Origin: Candidatus Nomurabacteria bacterium
GTDB lineage: Bacteria > Patescibacteriota > Minisyncoccia > Phycocordibacterales > UBA9973
Length of the DNA stretch: 64,000 nucleotides
Assembly (NCBI GenBank): GCA_943348755.1
Contig: CALQYS010000001.1
Coordinates: 69,963 to 133,962 of the forward strand
Direction: 5' to 3'
The translations under genes and the position numbers were made by a program. This document shows, piece by piece, positions 9,870 to 20,193 of the stretch. How positions within the stretch are numbered: position 1 is the stretch's first letter; the number at the start of each line of letters is the position of its first letter. The notes under the pieces are model-generated. The model ran no database searches. It had not been told where the DNA came from and worked only from the letters and a program-made list of their open reading frames with translations.

Positions 9870-11000
9870 ATGAAAATAGTTTTTACAGGTGGTGGAACGG
9901 GCGGACACTTTTATCCTATTATTGCCGTTGCGGAAAGACTCAATCAGATAATAGATCAAGAAAAAATACTAAAAGTTAAGCTCTTCTATATTTCTGATAA
10001 TCCCTACGACAAAGAGATGCTCTTTGAGAACAGTCTTTTGTATGAAGAAATAAGTACTGGCAAAATGCGTACTTATTTTTCCCTTAAAAATTTTTCTGAC
10101 ATCTTTAAAACTTTTTTTGGAGTTATAAATGGTATTTACAAACTATTTTCAATTTATCCCGATGTTGTTTTTGGTAAGGGGGGGTACGCTTCATTTCCGA
10201 CAGTTTTTGCTGCCAGAATTTTACATATCCCCGTGGTCATTCATGAGTCCGACTCTGCCCCTGGCCGAGTAAATAAATGGGCTGGGCACTTCGCTAAAAA
10301 AGTTGCTGTTTCTTTTTTAGAAGCAGGCTCTTATTTTCCTAAAAATAAAGTTGCTTGGACGGGCCATCCAGTAAGGACTGAAATAGAACATCCCGCGAGT
10401 CGCAAAGAAGCGCTTGAGTATTTTAAATTAGAATCTGATTTGCCAGTGATACTTGTTTTAGGTGGTTCCCAAGGTGCAGAACTTATAAATAATACTGTTC
10501 TCGATGCATTACCGCGACTCGTAAATAATTATCAAATTATCCATCAAACCGGGGTCAAAAATTTTAAAATGGTTAGTGATAGAGCTGATGTTGTACTTAC
10601 CGACAACAAATATAGATTGAGATATATTTCAATGCCTTTCTTAAACCCTCTAGCCCTTCGAATGGCAGGAGGAGCCGCGACTATTATTATTTCTAGAGCT
10701 GGTTCAATGTTGTTTGAGATAGCCGCCTGGGGTGTACCGTCTATCCTGATACCTATCACCAACACAAATATGGATCACCAGAGAAAGAATGCCTTTAACT
10801 ATGCGCGAGATGGGGCATGCAGCGTCGTCGAAGAGATGAACATGACTGCCAATATTTTAAGTTCTGAAATTGAAAGAATTATCGGAGACAAAGAAGTCTA
10901 TGATACCATGGCGCAAAGTGCTAAAGCTTTTAACAAGCCCGATGCGGCGATGAAAATCGCTCGCGCTCTCGTGGACATCGCTTTGAGTCATGAGAAATAA
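9870..11000 (+). CDS. murG: UDP-GlcNAc:MurNAc-pentapeptide-undecaprenol GlcNAc transferase
   Basis: MKIVFTGGGTGGHFYPIIAVAE N-terminus, GT28 fold; mraY-ftsW-murG order conserved. Confidence 0.9.
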   Translation: MKIVFTGGGTGGHFYPIIAVAERLNQIIDQEKILKVKLFYISDNPYDKEMLFENSLLYEEISTGKMRTYFSLKNFSDIFKTFFGVINGIYKLFSIYPDVVFGKGGYASFPTVFAARILHIPVVIHESDSAPGRVNKWAGHFAKKVAVSFLEAGSYFPKNKVAWTGHPVRTEIEHPASRKEALEYFKLESDLPVILVLGGSQGAELINNTVLDALPRLVNNYQIIHQTGVKNFKMVSDRADVVLTDNKYRLRYISMPFLNPLALRMAGGAATIIISRAGSMLFEIAAWGVPSILIPITNTNMDHQRKNAFNYARDGACSVVEEMNMTANILSSEIERIIGDKEVYDTMAQSAKAFNKPDAAMKIARALVDIALSHEK

Positions 11001-11052
11001 GATAATATAGGTTTATATTCTCTTATTTCCCCATAAATGCTAAAATGTCCCT

Positions 11053-12474
11053 ATGTACAATAAAGTTGTAACTAGATTTGCGCCGAGTCCGACTGGATTT
11101 ATGCATATAGGCGGCGTGCGCACCGCGCTTTTTGCTTGGCTCTGGGCGAGGAAAAATAATGGAGTTTTTATATTGCGAATTGAAGATACAGACAAGGAGA
11201 GGGAAGTGAAGGGTTCAATAGAACATATAATAAAATCTTTAAAATGGCTCGGGCTCAATTGGGATGAGGGTCCAGATGTTGGAGGACCGCACAAGCCTTA
11301 TTTACAATCAGAAAGATTAGATTCTTACAAAAAATACGCGCAAATTTTAATCGATAAAGGATTTGCATATCCTGACCCTTATACAAAAGAAGAACTTGAT
11401 GCATTTAGAAAGAAGGCGGATGAAGAAAGAAGGCCATTTTTATATAGAGATCATCGGCCCAAAGAATTTGGAGTTTGGGATGGCACCAAGGCATTACGTT
11501 TTAAAACTCCGGAAATAAAAATCTATCATTGGAATGATGCCGTGCGTGGAGCCCTATCAGCCGGCGTTGAGGCTCTGGATGACTTCATATTGATTAAAAG
11601 TGATGGATATCCTACATATAATTTTGCGCATATTGTCGATGACCAAGAAATGAAGGTCACCCATATTATCCGCGCTGATGAATTTATCTCTTCTACACCC
11701 AAATTCCTTTCTTTATATGAAGCGCTCGGCATCACTCCACCAGTATTCGTAACTTTGCCGCCGATATTGGCTGACGGTGGGAATAAAAAACTTTCCAAAC
11801 GTGATGGGGCAAAGGATATTTTAGAATATGGGGAAGAGGGGTATTTACCGGAAGCTGTAATGAATTTTCTGGCACTTTTGGGCTGGAATCCTGGTACCGA
11901 AAAAGAAATATTTACAGTTAAAGAATTACTAAAAGTTTTTGAAATAAATAGAATTCAGGTTTCGGGGGCTCAGGTCAATCTAGAGAAATTAGATTGGATG
12001 AATAAAGAACATATGAAGAAATTACCAGCCGAAGAGATGCAGAAAAATATCTTCTCCTATCTTCCCAAAGAATTTCAAAATGAAAAACTTGTGCCGATTA
12101 TCTTTGAAAGGATCTCAAAATGGAGCGATGTGAAAGTCATGTTAGAGGCAGGGGAGTTAGATTGCTTTTCTGTGGTCAAACAGCCTAAGTACGACAAAAT
12201 AAAACTAGTTTATAAAAATTCATCACCTGAAAGAATTACTAAAAATATAAAATTGGTGATCAAAGCCCTAGAGAAATTAAGCGAAAATGATTTTACTATG
12301 GAAAATGTAAAAAGTACCTTGATGCTAATTGCTGAAATGGAAGGCAATAGGGGAGAAGTATTGCACCCTGTGCGCTATGCTCTTTCAGGTCTTGATAAAT
12401 CTCCGGATCCATTTATTATAGCCTCAATTATAGGAAAAAATGAAACTTTATCTCGCTTACAAAAAGCTCTTTAG
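11053..12474 (+). CDS. gltX: Glutamyl-tRNA synthetase
   Basis: Class I HIGH-type motif (PSPTGFMHIGGVRTALF) and KLSKR (KMSKS) motif. Confidence 0.9.
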   Translation: MYNKVVTRFAPSPTGFMHIGGVRTALFAWLWARKNNGVFILRIEDTDKEREVKGSIEHIIKSLKWLGLNWDEGPDVGGPHKPYLQSERLDSYKKYAQILIDKGFAYPDPYTKEELDAFRKKADEERRPFLYRDHRPKEFGVWDGTKALRFKTPEIKIYHWNDAVRGALSAGVEALDDFILIKSDGYPTYNFAHIVDDQEMKVTHIIRADEFISSTPKFLSLYEALGITPPVFVTLPPILADGGNKKLSKRDGAKDILEYGEEGYLPEAVMNFLALLGWNPGTEKEIFTVKELLKVFEINRIQVSGAQVNLEKLDWMNKEHMKKLPAEEMQKNIFSYLPKEFQNEKLVPIIFERISKWSDVKVMLEAGELDCFSVVKQPKYDKIKLVYKNSSPERITKNIKLVIKALEKLSENDFTMENVKSTLMLIAEMEGNRGEVLHPVRYALSGLDKSPDPFIIASIIGKNETLSRLQKAL

Positions 12475-13762
12475 TATAATATTTTTTATTATACTAGTGG
12501 TGGTTCCGCTTACTTTTTCTCGGGCACAAACCGTGGCAGACCTTCAGAATCAAATAAACCAAAAAAACCTAGATATAACTAGCTTGGAGAAAGAGATAGA
12601 AGGTTATCAATCCCAGCTCGAGAGTTTGGGGAAAGAGAAAAATTCTTTAAATAAATCTTTACAAGAACTTGATTTAACTAGAAAGAAGTTGACCATTGAT
12701 ATTGCTGTAACTCAGAAAAAAATAGACAAAACCAATCTCATGATAGCGAGTCTAACTTCAGATATAAGCGACAAGCAAGATGCCATAACGACTGAAGTAG
12801 AGTCAGTTTCTTCGGGTATTAAAAATACAAATGAATTTGAGCAGGGCAACATCGTCGGTACACTTTTATCTGAAAATAATTTTACGGAAATGTGGAATGA
12901 CTTAGATAACATGGTTACAGTCCACGAGAGTCTCAGAAAAGACATAGTTAAATTAAAGCAATTAAAAGGCGGTCTAGAGAATACTAAAAAAATAACCGTT
13001 AATGCCAAGAATCAGCTTACCGCTTTAAAATCCAGGCTTGCCGACCAGCAAAAAATAGTTGTACAAAATACCAACGAGAAAAATAAGCTCTTAAAGCAAA
13101 CCAAAAATAACGAAGCCAACTACCAAAAGTTATTAAAAGAAAGAATCATACAACGTGATGCTTTTGAAAAAGAATTACGTGACTATGAAGCGCAGTTGCA
13201 ATTTATCCTCGATCCATCAAAGCTGCCTAGTGCCGGAGTTCTAAGCTGGCCGCTTGAAAGGGTGTTTGTGACCCAACTTTTTGGTAAAACTGTCGACTCT
13301 AAGCGTTTATATGCATCAGGAACCCACAACGGAGTAGACTTTCGAGCTTCCGTCGGTACTCCTTTGATGGCCATGGCAGATGGTACGGTTTTGGGAGTTG
13401 GTGATACTGATTTGACTTGCCAAGGAGCGTCCTTTGGAAAATTTGTTTTCATTCAATACAACAACGGACTTTCGAGTACTTTTGGGCATCTCTCACTTAT
13501 AAAAGCTTATGAAGGGGAACTCGTAAAAAGAGGTGAAGTAGTGGGCTATAGCGGTGCTACTGGCCATGTTACTGGACCCCACCTACACGTGTCTCTATAC
13601 GCATCACAGGCTGTTAAAATGGCTTCTAAGCCGTCTTCATCTTGTGGTGGGCGGACTTATAGGTTACCCGTGGCGCCAATAAATGCTTATTTGGATGCAC
13701 TTTATTATCTACCTTCTTATGTCATAAATACCTCTTTGTTAACAAATAGGGTGACCGAATAG
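12440..13762 (+). CDS. Secreted M23-family peptidase with N-terminal coiled-coil (EnvC/NlpD-like)
   Basis: Signal peptide, long Q/K/E-rich coiled coil, then GTHNGVDFRA...GHVTGPHLHVSLY M23/LytM zinc-site motifs. Confidence 0.8.
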   Translation: MKLYLAYKKLFSIIFFIILVVVPLTFSRAQTVADLQNQINQKNLDITSLEKEIEGYQSQLESLGKEKNSLNKSLQELDLTRKKLTIDIAVTQKKIDKTNLMIASLTSDISDKQDAITTEVESVSSGIKNTNEFEQGNIVGTLLSENNFTEMWNDLDNMVTVHESLRKDIVKLKQLKGGLENTKKITVNAKNQLTALKSRLADQQKIVVQNTNEKNKLLKQTKNNEANYQKLLKERIIQRDAFEKELRDYEAQLQFILDPSKLPSAGVLSWPLERVFVTQLFGKTVDSKRLYASGTHNGVDFRASVGTPLMAMADGTVLGVGDTDLTCQGASFGKFVFIQYNNGLSSTFGHLSLIKAYEGELVKRGEVVGYSGATGHVTGPHLHVSLYASQAVKMASKPSSSCGGRTYRLPVAPINAYLDALYYLPSYVINTSLLTNRVTE

Positions 13763-13785
13763 GGGATCTGGTTTGATTACTAGGT

Positions 13786-13989
13786 GTGTATTGTGGTAAA
13801 ATTAATATCATGATCAATAAAATGGAAAATAAAGAGGGTGGGTTTTTGAGATTAATCGTAGTAGTTGTTATCGCTCTTCTTGTTATGCGTTATTATCATC
13901 TAACGATATCCGGCATTCTAAATTATTTCCATCTTTCTTGGGATGGAATTCTGAATTGGTTTAAAGATTTGTTTAATAGCGTAAAGTAA
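13786..13989 (+). CDS. Hypothetical small membrane protein
   Basis: 67-aa ORF with one clear hydrophobic helix (LRLIVVVVIALLVM); no homology recognised. Confidence 0.3.
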   Translation: MYCGKINIMINKMENKEGGFLRLIVVVVIALLVMRYYHLTISGILNYFHLSWDGILNWFKDLFNSVK

Positions 13990-14103
13990 TATTACCCACC
14001 GCAATAAATTGTGCCAACATTTACATGTCGTACGATACGCGATGTTTCAGGTCATTTCATCACCCAACATATATTGTGCGACACGCATGTAAAATAAAGA
14101 GTT

Positions 14104-14496
14104 TTATCTACACGAGCTGGAAAGCTCATACCCTGCCCCTTCGGCTTCTTCTTTTGTCGTGAAGTAGACCCTGTTTTCTTGTTTAATAGTTCTACCGCCA
14201 GAACATCCTAAAGAATAATATTTTGTTCCCTTGCTTGAGGCGAAAAAATTTTTACCGATAGAATTTGTTGATGCAGAAACTTTTTTCACTGGAATCATGT
14301 TAGATAATGCATTTGCTTCTTGCATCAGGCTTTTGGCCGGATACTCTATTTTAATGCCCGAGGAGTCATTTTCTTTAGATAATCTACCCAGCTCAAATGA
14401 GCCCAAACCCACCAATATAACGACAATAACGATCAAAATGTTCTTTCCCTGCTCACTTTCAACCCAGTTGGTTATCTTTGACTTGATTTTTTCCAT
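14104..14496 (-). CDS. Hypothetical membrane-anchored protein with C-terminal Ada-like metal-binding-type domain
   Basis: Start set at MEKIKSK. TM anchor (ILIVIVVILVGL). C-terminus YYSLGCSGGRTIKQENRVYFTTKEEAEGAGYELSSSC resembles the Ada N-terminal fold signature (C....ENVxF....EAxxAGFRPC). Confidence 0.45.
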   Translation of the reverse strand: MEKIKSKITNWVESEQGKNILIVIVVILVGLGSFELGRLSKENDSSGIKIEYPAKSLMQEANALSNMIPVKKVSASTNSIGKNFFASSKGTKYYSLGCSGGRTIKQENRVYFTTKEEAEGAGYELSSSCR

Positions 14497-14543
14497 AGAA
14501 TTATATATACTTCTGTTGTTCTTAATTATATCATTAAACCCAT

Positions 14544-14816
14544 ATGGCACATAGAAAAGCCGGCGGTACCGCCAAAAATTTAAGAGATTCAAATCCACAA
14601 TATCTAGGTGTGAAGCTTTATGATGGTGAAAAGGCACAACGTGGCTCTATCATCATTCGTCAGCGTGGCACAGTCACTATGGCTGGCGCAAACGTTGGCA
14701 TGGGTAAGGATCATACCCTCTTCGCTCTAAAAGACGGCACAGTAAAGGTGGGCACTCGACGCAAGACTTCATTTGACGGAAAGAGTACAGTCAAGAAAGT
14801 AGTCAACGTCATATAA
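14544..14816 (+). CDS. rpmA: 50S ribosomal protein L27
   Basis: [24 protein letters not shown]... is a canonical L27. Confidence 0.95.
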   Translation: MAHRKAGGTAKNLRDSNPQYLGVKLYDGEKAQRGSIIIRQRGTVTMAGANVGMGKDHTLFALKDGTVKVGTRRKTSFDGKSTVKKVVNVI

Positions 14817-14831
14817 ATAAACTTTAAACAT

Positions 14832-14860
14832 AAAAACCTCCACGATGGAGGTTTTTATGT
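14832..14860. terminator. Bidirectional intrinsic terminator between convergent rpmA and rplI
   Basis: aaaaaCCTCCAcgaTGGAGGttttt: perfect 6-bp GC-rich stem, 3-nt loop, A-run on one side and T-run on the other. Confidence 0.6.
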
Positions 14861-14863
14861 TTG

Positions 14864-15307
14864 TTATATTTTCTCCACAACAAGCTTAAATGAAGACTTT
14901 TTACCTTTGATGAAGATCGGGATCTCAAATTCCCCTACTTCTTTAATTGGTTTTTCGAGCACGATGAATTCTTCACCGACGTCTGCATGGTTTTGTGCTT
15001 TCATCGCCTCAATTATTTCTTTTTTGTGAACTTGAGCGAAGAGGTGCCCTTTTTCATCAGCTTTTGCTTTTAAGGTGACAGTTTTACCCTTTATCGCTTC
15101 TAAGTTCTTCAAAAGCAGGCTTTCTTGCACTTCCCTTTCGATCTCGATTTCTTTTTTACGGAGTTCCAGTTCAGCTACGGCTTTTGAGGTAGCGATTACG
15201 GCTAACTTTTTAGGTAGTAAGAAATTTGTAGCATACCCATCATTCACTTCTTTCACATCATGTTTTTTTCCTACTCTCGGGACATCGCTTAAGAATATTA
15301 CTTTCAT
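14864..15307 (-). CDS. rplI: 50S ribosomal protein L9
   Basis: [36 protein letters not shown] is a canonical L9 N-domain. Confidence 0.9.
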   Translation of the reverse strand: MKVIFLSDVPRVGKKHDVKEVNDGYATNFLLPKKLAVIATSKAVAELELRKKEIEIEREVQESLLLKNLEAIKGKTVTLKAKADEKGHLFAQVHKKEIIEAMKAQNHADVGEEFIVLEKPIKEVGEFEIPIFIKGKKSSFKLVVEKI

Positions 15308-15316
15308 ATTATTTTG

Positions 15317-16528
15317 TTATTTTAATAATATTTCAACTGCTTTGTCTAACTGAGGATCCTTCTTATTATCTAGATCTTTTCGAGTAATCTCTACTGGGTA
15401 ATCTGGAGTTAATCCTTTTTCTGAAATCGAAGTCCCATTTGGCGTTAGCCATTTAGCTACTGTGATCTTCAAGAGAGTATCAGGAGTTATTTTTATTGCT
15501 TCTTGCACAGAACCCTTACCAAAGCTTTGGCTGCCCACTAGCTTTGCACGTCCATTGTCTTGCATGGCGCCAGCAACGATTTCGGAGGCAGAGGCAGACC
15601 CGCCGTTTATTAAAATGACGAATTTTAATTTATCATTGAATACATTATATCCCCTACTTCTGTATATTTCTGGAGCCTTGTCATTACCATAATCTTCGGT
15701 TACGATGACCTTCCCACTCCTCAAGAACCAGCTTGCTATATCAACAGCTGCATCTAGATATCCACCGGGATTCCCTCGTAAATCTAGCAACAATTTGTCA
15801 GCGCCTGATTCTGAAAATTTCTGAATTGCATTATGGAAAAGACTTGCTGAATTAGCCGAAAAGCTATAAAGCTTGATCACGAAAATTCCATCCGGGCGTA
15901 GCTCGGTATCGAGAGTCGGTATATTTATGACATCTCTTACTATTTTTACTTCAATCGGATCTTTGTTCTCTTCTCGGAAAATTGTGAGTGTCACTGTCGT
16001 TCCCTTTTCCCCTCTTATTAATTTAATTGCCTTTTCTATACTCAAACCAGAAGTGACGGTTTTATCAATCTTAAGGATTTTATCACCAGGCTTGATGTTT
16101 GCTCTATCAGCCGGAGTGTTTTTAAGCGGAGCGATAACTGTAAGCACTTTGTCTTTCATCCCCACCTCCATTCCGATTCCTGTAAAGTTTCCAGCTATTT
16201 CTTCTTCAAAAGATTTTGCTTCATCTGGACTGAAAAACACGCTATATGGATCATTCAATGAACCCATAAGGCCTGAAATAGCGCCATAAACCCTATCTTG
16301 GTCAGTTGTTTTACTAGCTGTGGGATATTTTTCATTAATTGTGTTCCATACTTTCCAGAAAGGAGAAAAGTCTGCCTTTGTCGTTACAGCTGTTTCTTTA
16401 CCAGAAACACCCATGACTTTATCTATCTCAGGACGATTATGATCACCGACATATACGCCCCAAGCAAAAGCTAAGGCCACAAGGAAAACGACAGTAATGA
16501 TGTGTCTTTTTTTAGAAAAGTTCTCCAT
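15317..16528 (-). CDS. ctpA: Carboxy-terminal processing protease (S41 family, PDZ-containing)
   Basis: N-terminal TM; PDZ segment; LLLDLRGNPGGYL S41 catalytic-region motif. Confidence 0.9.
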   Translation of the reverse strand: MENFSKKRHIITVVFLVALAFAWGVYVGDHNRPEIDKVMGVSGKETAVTTKADFSPFWKVWNTINEKYPTASKTTDQDRVYGAISGLMGSLNDPYSVFFSPDEAKSFEEEIAGNFTGIGMEVGMKDKVLTVIAPLKNTPADRANIKPGDKILKIDKTVTSGLSIEKAIKLIRGEKGTTVTLTIFREENKDPIEVKIVRDVINIPTLDTELRPDGIFVIKLYSFSANSASLFHNAIQKFSESGADKLLLDLRGNPGGYLDAAVDIASWFLRSGKVIVTEDYGNDKAPEIYRSRGYNVFNDKLKFVILINGGSASASEIVAGAMQDNGRAKLVGSQSFGKGSVQEAIKITPDTLLKITVAKWLTPNGTSISEKGLTPDYPVEITRKDLDNKKDPQLDKAVEILLK

Positions 16529-16534
16529 ATTTTT

Positions 16535-16759
16535 TTATAGTTCCCCTCCATTAAAAAACTTATTTTCTGAAAAATTATCAAAAGTTTTTTCTTCTTTTAC
16601 TTCTTTTATTTTGGATTCTTTATATAAAATGTAACTTATATAAATAAACCCAAATCCAGAAATAGTCTCCAAAGTGTCCTTCCAAGAATAAGGAAAGCCC
16701 AAATATGGCAATATCGCCACCCAAATACCCATCACTAAAATAATATAAGCTTTACGCAT
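16535..16759 (-). CDS. Hypothetical small membrane protein (2 TM)
   Basis: 74 aa, two hydrophobic helices; 6 nt downstream of ctpA in the same operon. Confidence 0.4.
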   Translation of the reverse strand: MRKAYIILVMGIWVAILPYLGFPYSWKDTLETISGFGFIYISYILYKESKIKEVKEEKTFDNFSENKFFNGGEL

Positions 16760-16815
16760 TAGTACATTCTATTTCATAAATACCTAAAATGCAAACGTAC
16801 ATTTAGTCTGTAAGC

Positions 16816-18543
16816 TTACTCAAAATACTCCGGAGTATTTGTAGACATCCAGTCGAGAAGTTCTCGCATTACAGTAGATGCGTTTGCACTATTGGTCGTG
16901 GGCCCCGCTTCCATCATTATCACAAAAGCATATTTTGGATTTTCAAATGGAAGAAAACCCATCACCCAAGAATTAACTTTATTTTTTACTCCGCCGAGCT
17001 GGGCTGTACCAGTTTTAACCGCAACGTGTACATATGGCACATTAAGCGTGGTTGCCGTACCACTTGTCACAGCTTGTCTCATTCCCCCTCGTACCACATC
17101 GAAATATTCTTTTGGTAAAGCTATGGTTTGGATCTGTTCTTCTTTTATTTTGTCGGACAATATAAAATGAGGGGTTAAAAGTTTTCCATCATTAGCAATA
17201 GCAGAAACAGCCCGTGTCATTTCCATCGGTGTAACTTGGAATCCGTATTGTCCAATGGCTGTGTGATAAGTATCTCCAATGCGCCATGGATCCCCCCTAA
17301 AGTTTTTAAGTTTCCATTCTGGACTTGGAATTATGCCTTCTGTTTCATCAGGAAGATCAACTCCCGTTTTATCTCCAAAACCGAAAAGTCTGGCGTATTT
17401 CTCGATGTTTGCTATGCCAAGTCCCTTTTGATCTTCAAAACCTCCGCCGATTTCATAAAAATAAACATCAGAAGAAACCGCCAGCGCCTCTCCCATATTT
17501 GTCCAACCATTTACTCTCCAGTCCTTAAAAACTGTTTTTTTATCTGGGAAATAAGGGTTTGGGATTGAGATGGAGCCAGTTGAGAGAATCTTTTTATATT
17601 GATCGATGACACCTTCTGCTAGAGCACCCAAAGCAAAGAATGGTTTTACAATTGAGCCAGGAGTATAAAGTCCAGAAACCGTCCTATCCAAAAAGGGTTT
17701 CTTTTTATCATTTAAATAAGTATCGATTTTTTTTGCGTCTTTTCCCAGAGACAAAATCTCCGAATCATATTCTGGAAAGCTTGTAGAAGTTATAATTTCT
17801 CCGCTTTGTGTATCCATAATTACGCCCGCGCCACCGAAGAAATTATTACTTTTAGAAAGGTTTTTAATTAGAGTAAATAATTCAGATTGAATCCTTGAGT
17901 CGATACTTGTTTTTAAGTCACTTCCTCTCTTTGGACTGTTTATAACATTTTCTGAATAAATGACACCTTTTGCATTTGTTTCTATTATTTTTGATCCGTT
18001 CTCTCCCTTTATCTGATTATTGTATTCTTTTTCTAATCCATCTTTGCCCACAAAGTCAGTTTGCCAGTAATTTCCCTTACTATCTTTTGTGGGGTAACTA
18101 ACATATCCCAGCACATGCGAGAATCCTGGCTTCATATAAGTACGAATATAGGATAGATCTTCCCCAGGAGATGAATTTACTACCAGGACCTCTGTGCCGC
18201 TATCTTCTTTTTTGTTCCAAGCAAGCTCCTTTCCATTCCTATCATAAATTATACCTCTTTCAGTAAAGATATTTATTTTTTCTAGAATGTTATTTTCACT
18301 TCTTTTTCGATATATTTCTCCATTTTTTATTTGCAAGTATGTCAATCGAACACCAAATACTAAAATCATCAAAATAAAAGCAATACCGATAAAGTTGATG
18401 GTTTTTTTGGGAATTGGTTTCTCTATTCGTCCTTCAAATTGCTGGCGATTAAAATTTTGTAAGTTTTTTGAATCCAGAAAAATCTCGTCCGGTTCGACAA
18501 AAGTATCCCTTACTTTTTTTCTTATAAATTTTCTAGAGACCAT
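16816..18543 (-). CDS. mrdA: Penicillin-binding protein 2 (class B transpeptidase)
   Basis: N-terminal TM. SIVKPF (SxxK), SSDVYF (SxN-like) and KTGTA (KTG) motifs in the transpeptidase domain. Confidence 0.85.
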   Translation of the reverse strand: MVSRKFIRKKVRDTFVEPDEIFLDSKNLQNFNRQQFEGRIEKPIPKKTINFIGIAFILMILVFGVRLTYLQIKNGEIYRKRSENNILEKINIFTERGIIYDRNGKELAWNKKEDSGTEVLVVNSSPGEDLSYIRTYMKPGFSHVLGYVSYPTKDSKGNYWQTDFVGKDGLEKEYNNQIKGENGSKIIETNAKGVIYSENVINSPKRGSDLKTSIDSRIQSELFTLIKNLSKSNNFFGGAGVIMDTQSGEIITSTSFPEYDSEILSLGKDAKKIDTYLNDKKKPFLDRTVSGLYTPGSIVKPFFALGALAEGVIDQYKKILSTGSISIPNPYFPDKKTVFKDWRVNGWTNMGEALAVSSDVYFYEIGGGFEDQKGLGIANIEKYARLFGFGDKTGVDLPDETEGIIPSPEWKLKNFRGDPWRIGDTYHTAIGQYGFQVTPMEMTRAVSAIANDGKLLTPHFILSDKIKEEQIQTIALPKEYFDVVRGGMRQAVTSGTATTLNVPYVHVAVKTGTAQLGGVKNKVNSWVMGFLPFENPKYAFVIMMEAGPTTNSANASTVMRELLDWMSTNTPEYFE

Positions 18544-18810
18544 TTATTTTGACCGAACCCTTAGTTGGTTTTTTAATATTTCTAAAATTATGAAAAATCC
18601 GATGCCTATTATAAAAGAAACTCCCAACAGATTAAAAAGTTTTGGTTCTTTAATCCCATAAAGTAAATCTGATAAAAATAATAACAAGACCGCTTCCCCA
18701 AAAAAGGAGAAATATGCCATTTCGGTCAATACCAATATGATAGTTACCCAAAATGGGGCAAAAAGGACCGATAGCAAAAGTAAAATAGAAGCCAAAATTC
18801 TTAAAACCAT
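18544..18810 (-). CDS. Small polytopic membrane protein, possibly a short MreD-like protein
   Basis: 88 aa, 3 predicted TM helices, directly upstream of and abutting mrdA (the position of mreD in many mre-mrd clusters). Assignment is positional only. Confidence 0.35.
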   Translation of the reverse strand: MVLRILASILLLLSVLFAPFWVTIILVLTEMAYFSFFGEAVLLLFLSDLLYGIKEPKLFNLLGVSFIIGIGFFIILEILKNQLRVRSK

Positions 18811-18819
18811 AACCCTATC

Positions 18820-20193
18820 TTACATCGAAGCGAGTTTAGACGCCAGACCTGTATAATTTTCTGGAGTTAATTTCAACAGCTCCTTTTTTATTTTCTCGGT
18901 TACTTCCAGTGTTTCGATAAATGCATGAATGTCAGAAAGTGTGATCTCTTTTCCCCGAGCTAATTCCTTTAATTTCTCATAAGGCATCTCTGCTCCTTCA
19001 CGGCGCAGGATGGTCTGGATGGCTTCAGTGATGACTTCCGGATGTACTACTAAATCTTCCTTAATTTTTTCTTCATTCACTTTTATTTTCCCCAAGCCCT
19101 TCATTAGCGACGTGTAAGCGAGGTATGAGTGCCCGAAAGCTGTGCCGAAGGCTCGCTCGACAGTAGAGTCTGACAAATCTCGCTGAAGGCGAGAAATTGG
19201 AAGCTTGCGAGCAAAGAATTCAAACAAAGCATTCGCCAGGCCCAGGTTCCCTTCACTATTTTCGAAATCAATCGGATTTATTTTGTGCGGCATAGTTGAT
19301 GAACCCGTCTCCCCCGCTTTCGGTATTTGCCCTACCCAACCATCAGAGATATATCTCCACATGTCTTGGTTTAAGTCTAGAAGGATGGTATTTATAGCCC
19401 TGATTATGTCGAAAATAGCCGCGTAGCTATCATGACATTCTATTTGAGTGGTGATTAAGTTAACTTCGAGTTTTTGCGAACGATCTTTATTAAAGCTTTC
19501 AATAAACTTTTCACTGAATTCTATCCAGTCAATACTTGGGTAAGCGGCTATATGGGCATTGTAGTTACCAGTAGCGCCATTTAATTTGGCTTGTATTTTT
19601 ATACTTTGTAATCCTGCGAGTCTTTTTTCGAGACGAGCCACAAATACCTTCATTTCCTTACCAAAAGTCGTCGGGCTGGCTGACTGACCATGTGTACGAG
19701 CGAGCATAGGTAGATCGGCATATTTTTTTGCGAGGTTATTTAATTCTTTGATTATTTTAGAAATTTCAGGGATTATTACTTTCTCCAAAGAATCAGAAAG
19801 TATAAGTGCATAAGAAATATTATTTGTGTCTTCAGAAGTAATAGCAAAATGCAACCATTCAGTGCAGTCTTTGAGGGATGTTTTGGCAAGTTTTTCCTTT
19901 AGAAAATATTCCACCGCTTTCATGTCATGGTTTGTGGTCTCCTCTAGTTTTTTTATTTCTTCGTAAGAAGCATCGTCAAACCTTTCGTAAAGTTCTCTGA
20001 CCATTTTTATCTCAGCTGCAGTGAATTTACGTAAAGCTGTCTTACCCGATGCAGACAGCGCAATCAAGTACTCCCCCTCCATCATCACTCGGTATTTCAT
20101 CAGTGCCTGCTCAGAGAAATACTCCGCAAGCGGGCGAGTTTTATTAAAATATCTTCCGTCCAAAGGACTTATGGGGTTGATTGAGTTTTTCAT
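18820..20193 (-). CDS. purB: Adenylosuccinate lyase
   Basis: SPLDGRY N-terminal motif; fumarase/lyase family signature region GSSTMPHKINP. Confidence 0.95.
   Translation of the reverse strand: MKNSINPISPLDGRYFNKTRPLAEYFSEQALMKYRVMMEGEYLIALSASGKTALRKFTAAEIKMVRELYERFDDASYEEIKKLEETTNHDMKAVEYFLKEKLAKTSLKDCTEWLHFAITSEDTNNISYALILSDSLEKVIIPEISKIIKELNNLAKKYADLPMLARTHGQSASPTTFGKEMKVFVARLEKRLAGLQSIKIQAKLNGATGNYNAHIAAYPSIDWIEFSEKFIESFNKDRSQKLEVNLITTQIECHDSYAAIFDIIRAINTILLDLNQDMWRYISDGWVGQIPKAGETGSSTMPHKINPIDFENSEGNLGLANALFEFFARKLPISRLQRDLSDSTVERAFGTAFGHSYLAYTSLMKGLGKIKVNEEKIKEDLVVHPEVITEAIQTILRREGAEMPYEKLKELARGKEITLSDIHAFIETLEVTEKIKKELLKLTPENYTGLASKLASM

Noticed and set aside
13990-14103. Imperfect long-range inverted repeat (TTACATGTCG...CGACACGCATGTAA) between convergent genes
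   Set aside because: Too degenerate to call a terminator or element with confidence.
16833-16850. Perfect 18-nt palindrome AAATACTCCGGAGTATTT
   Set aside because: Lies inside the last codons of PBP2 (encodes NTPEYF); no U-tract follows; probably coincidental.
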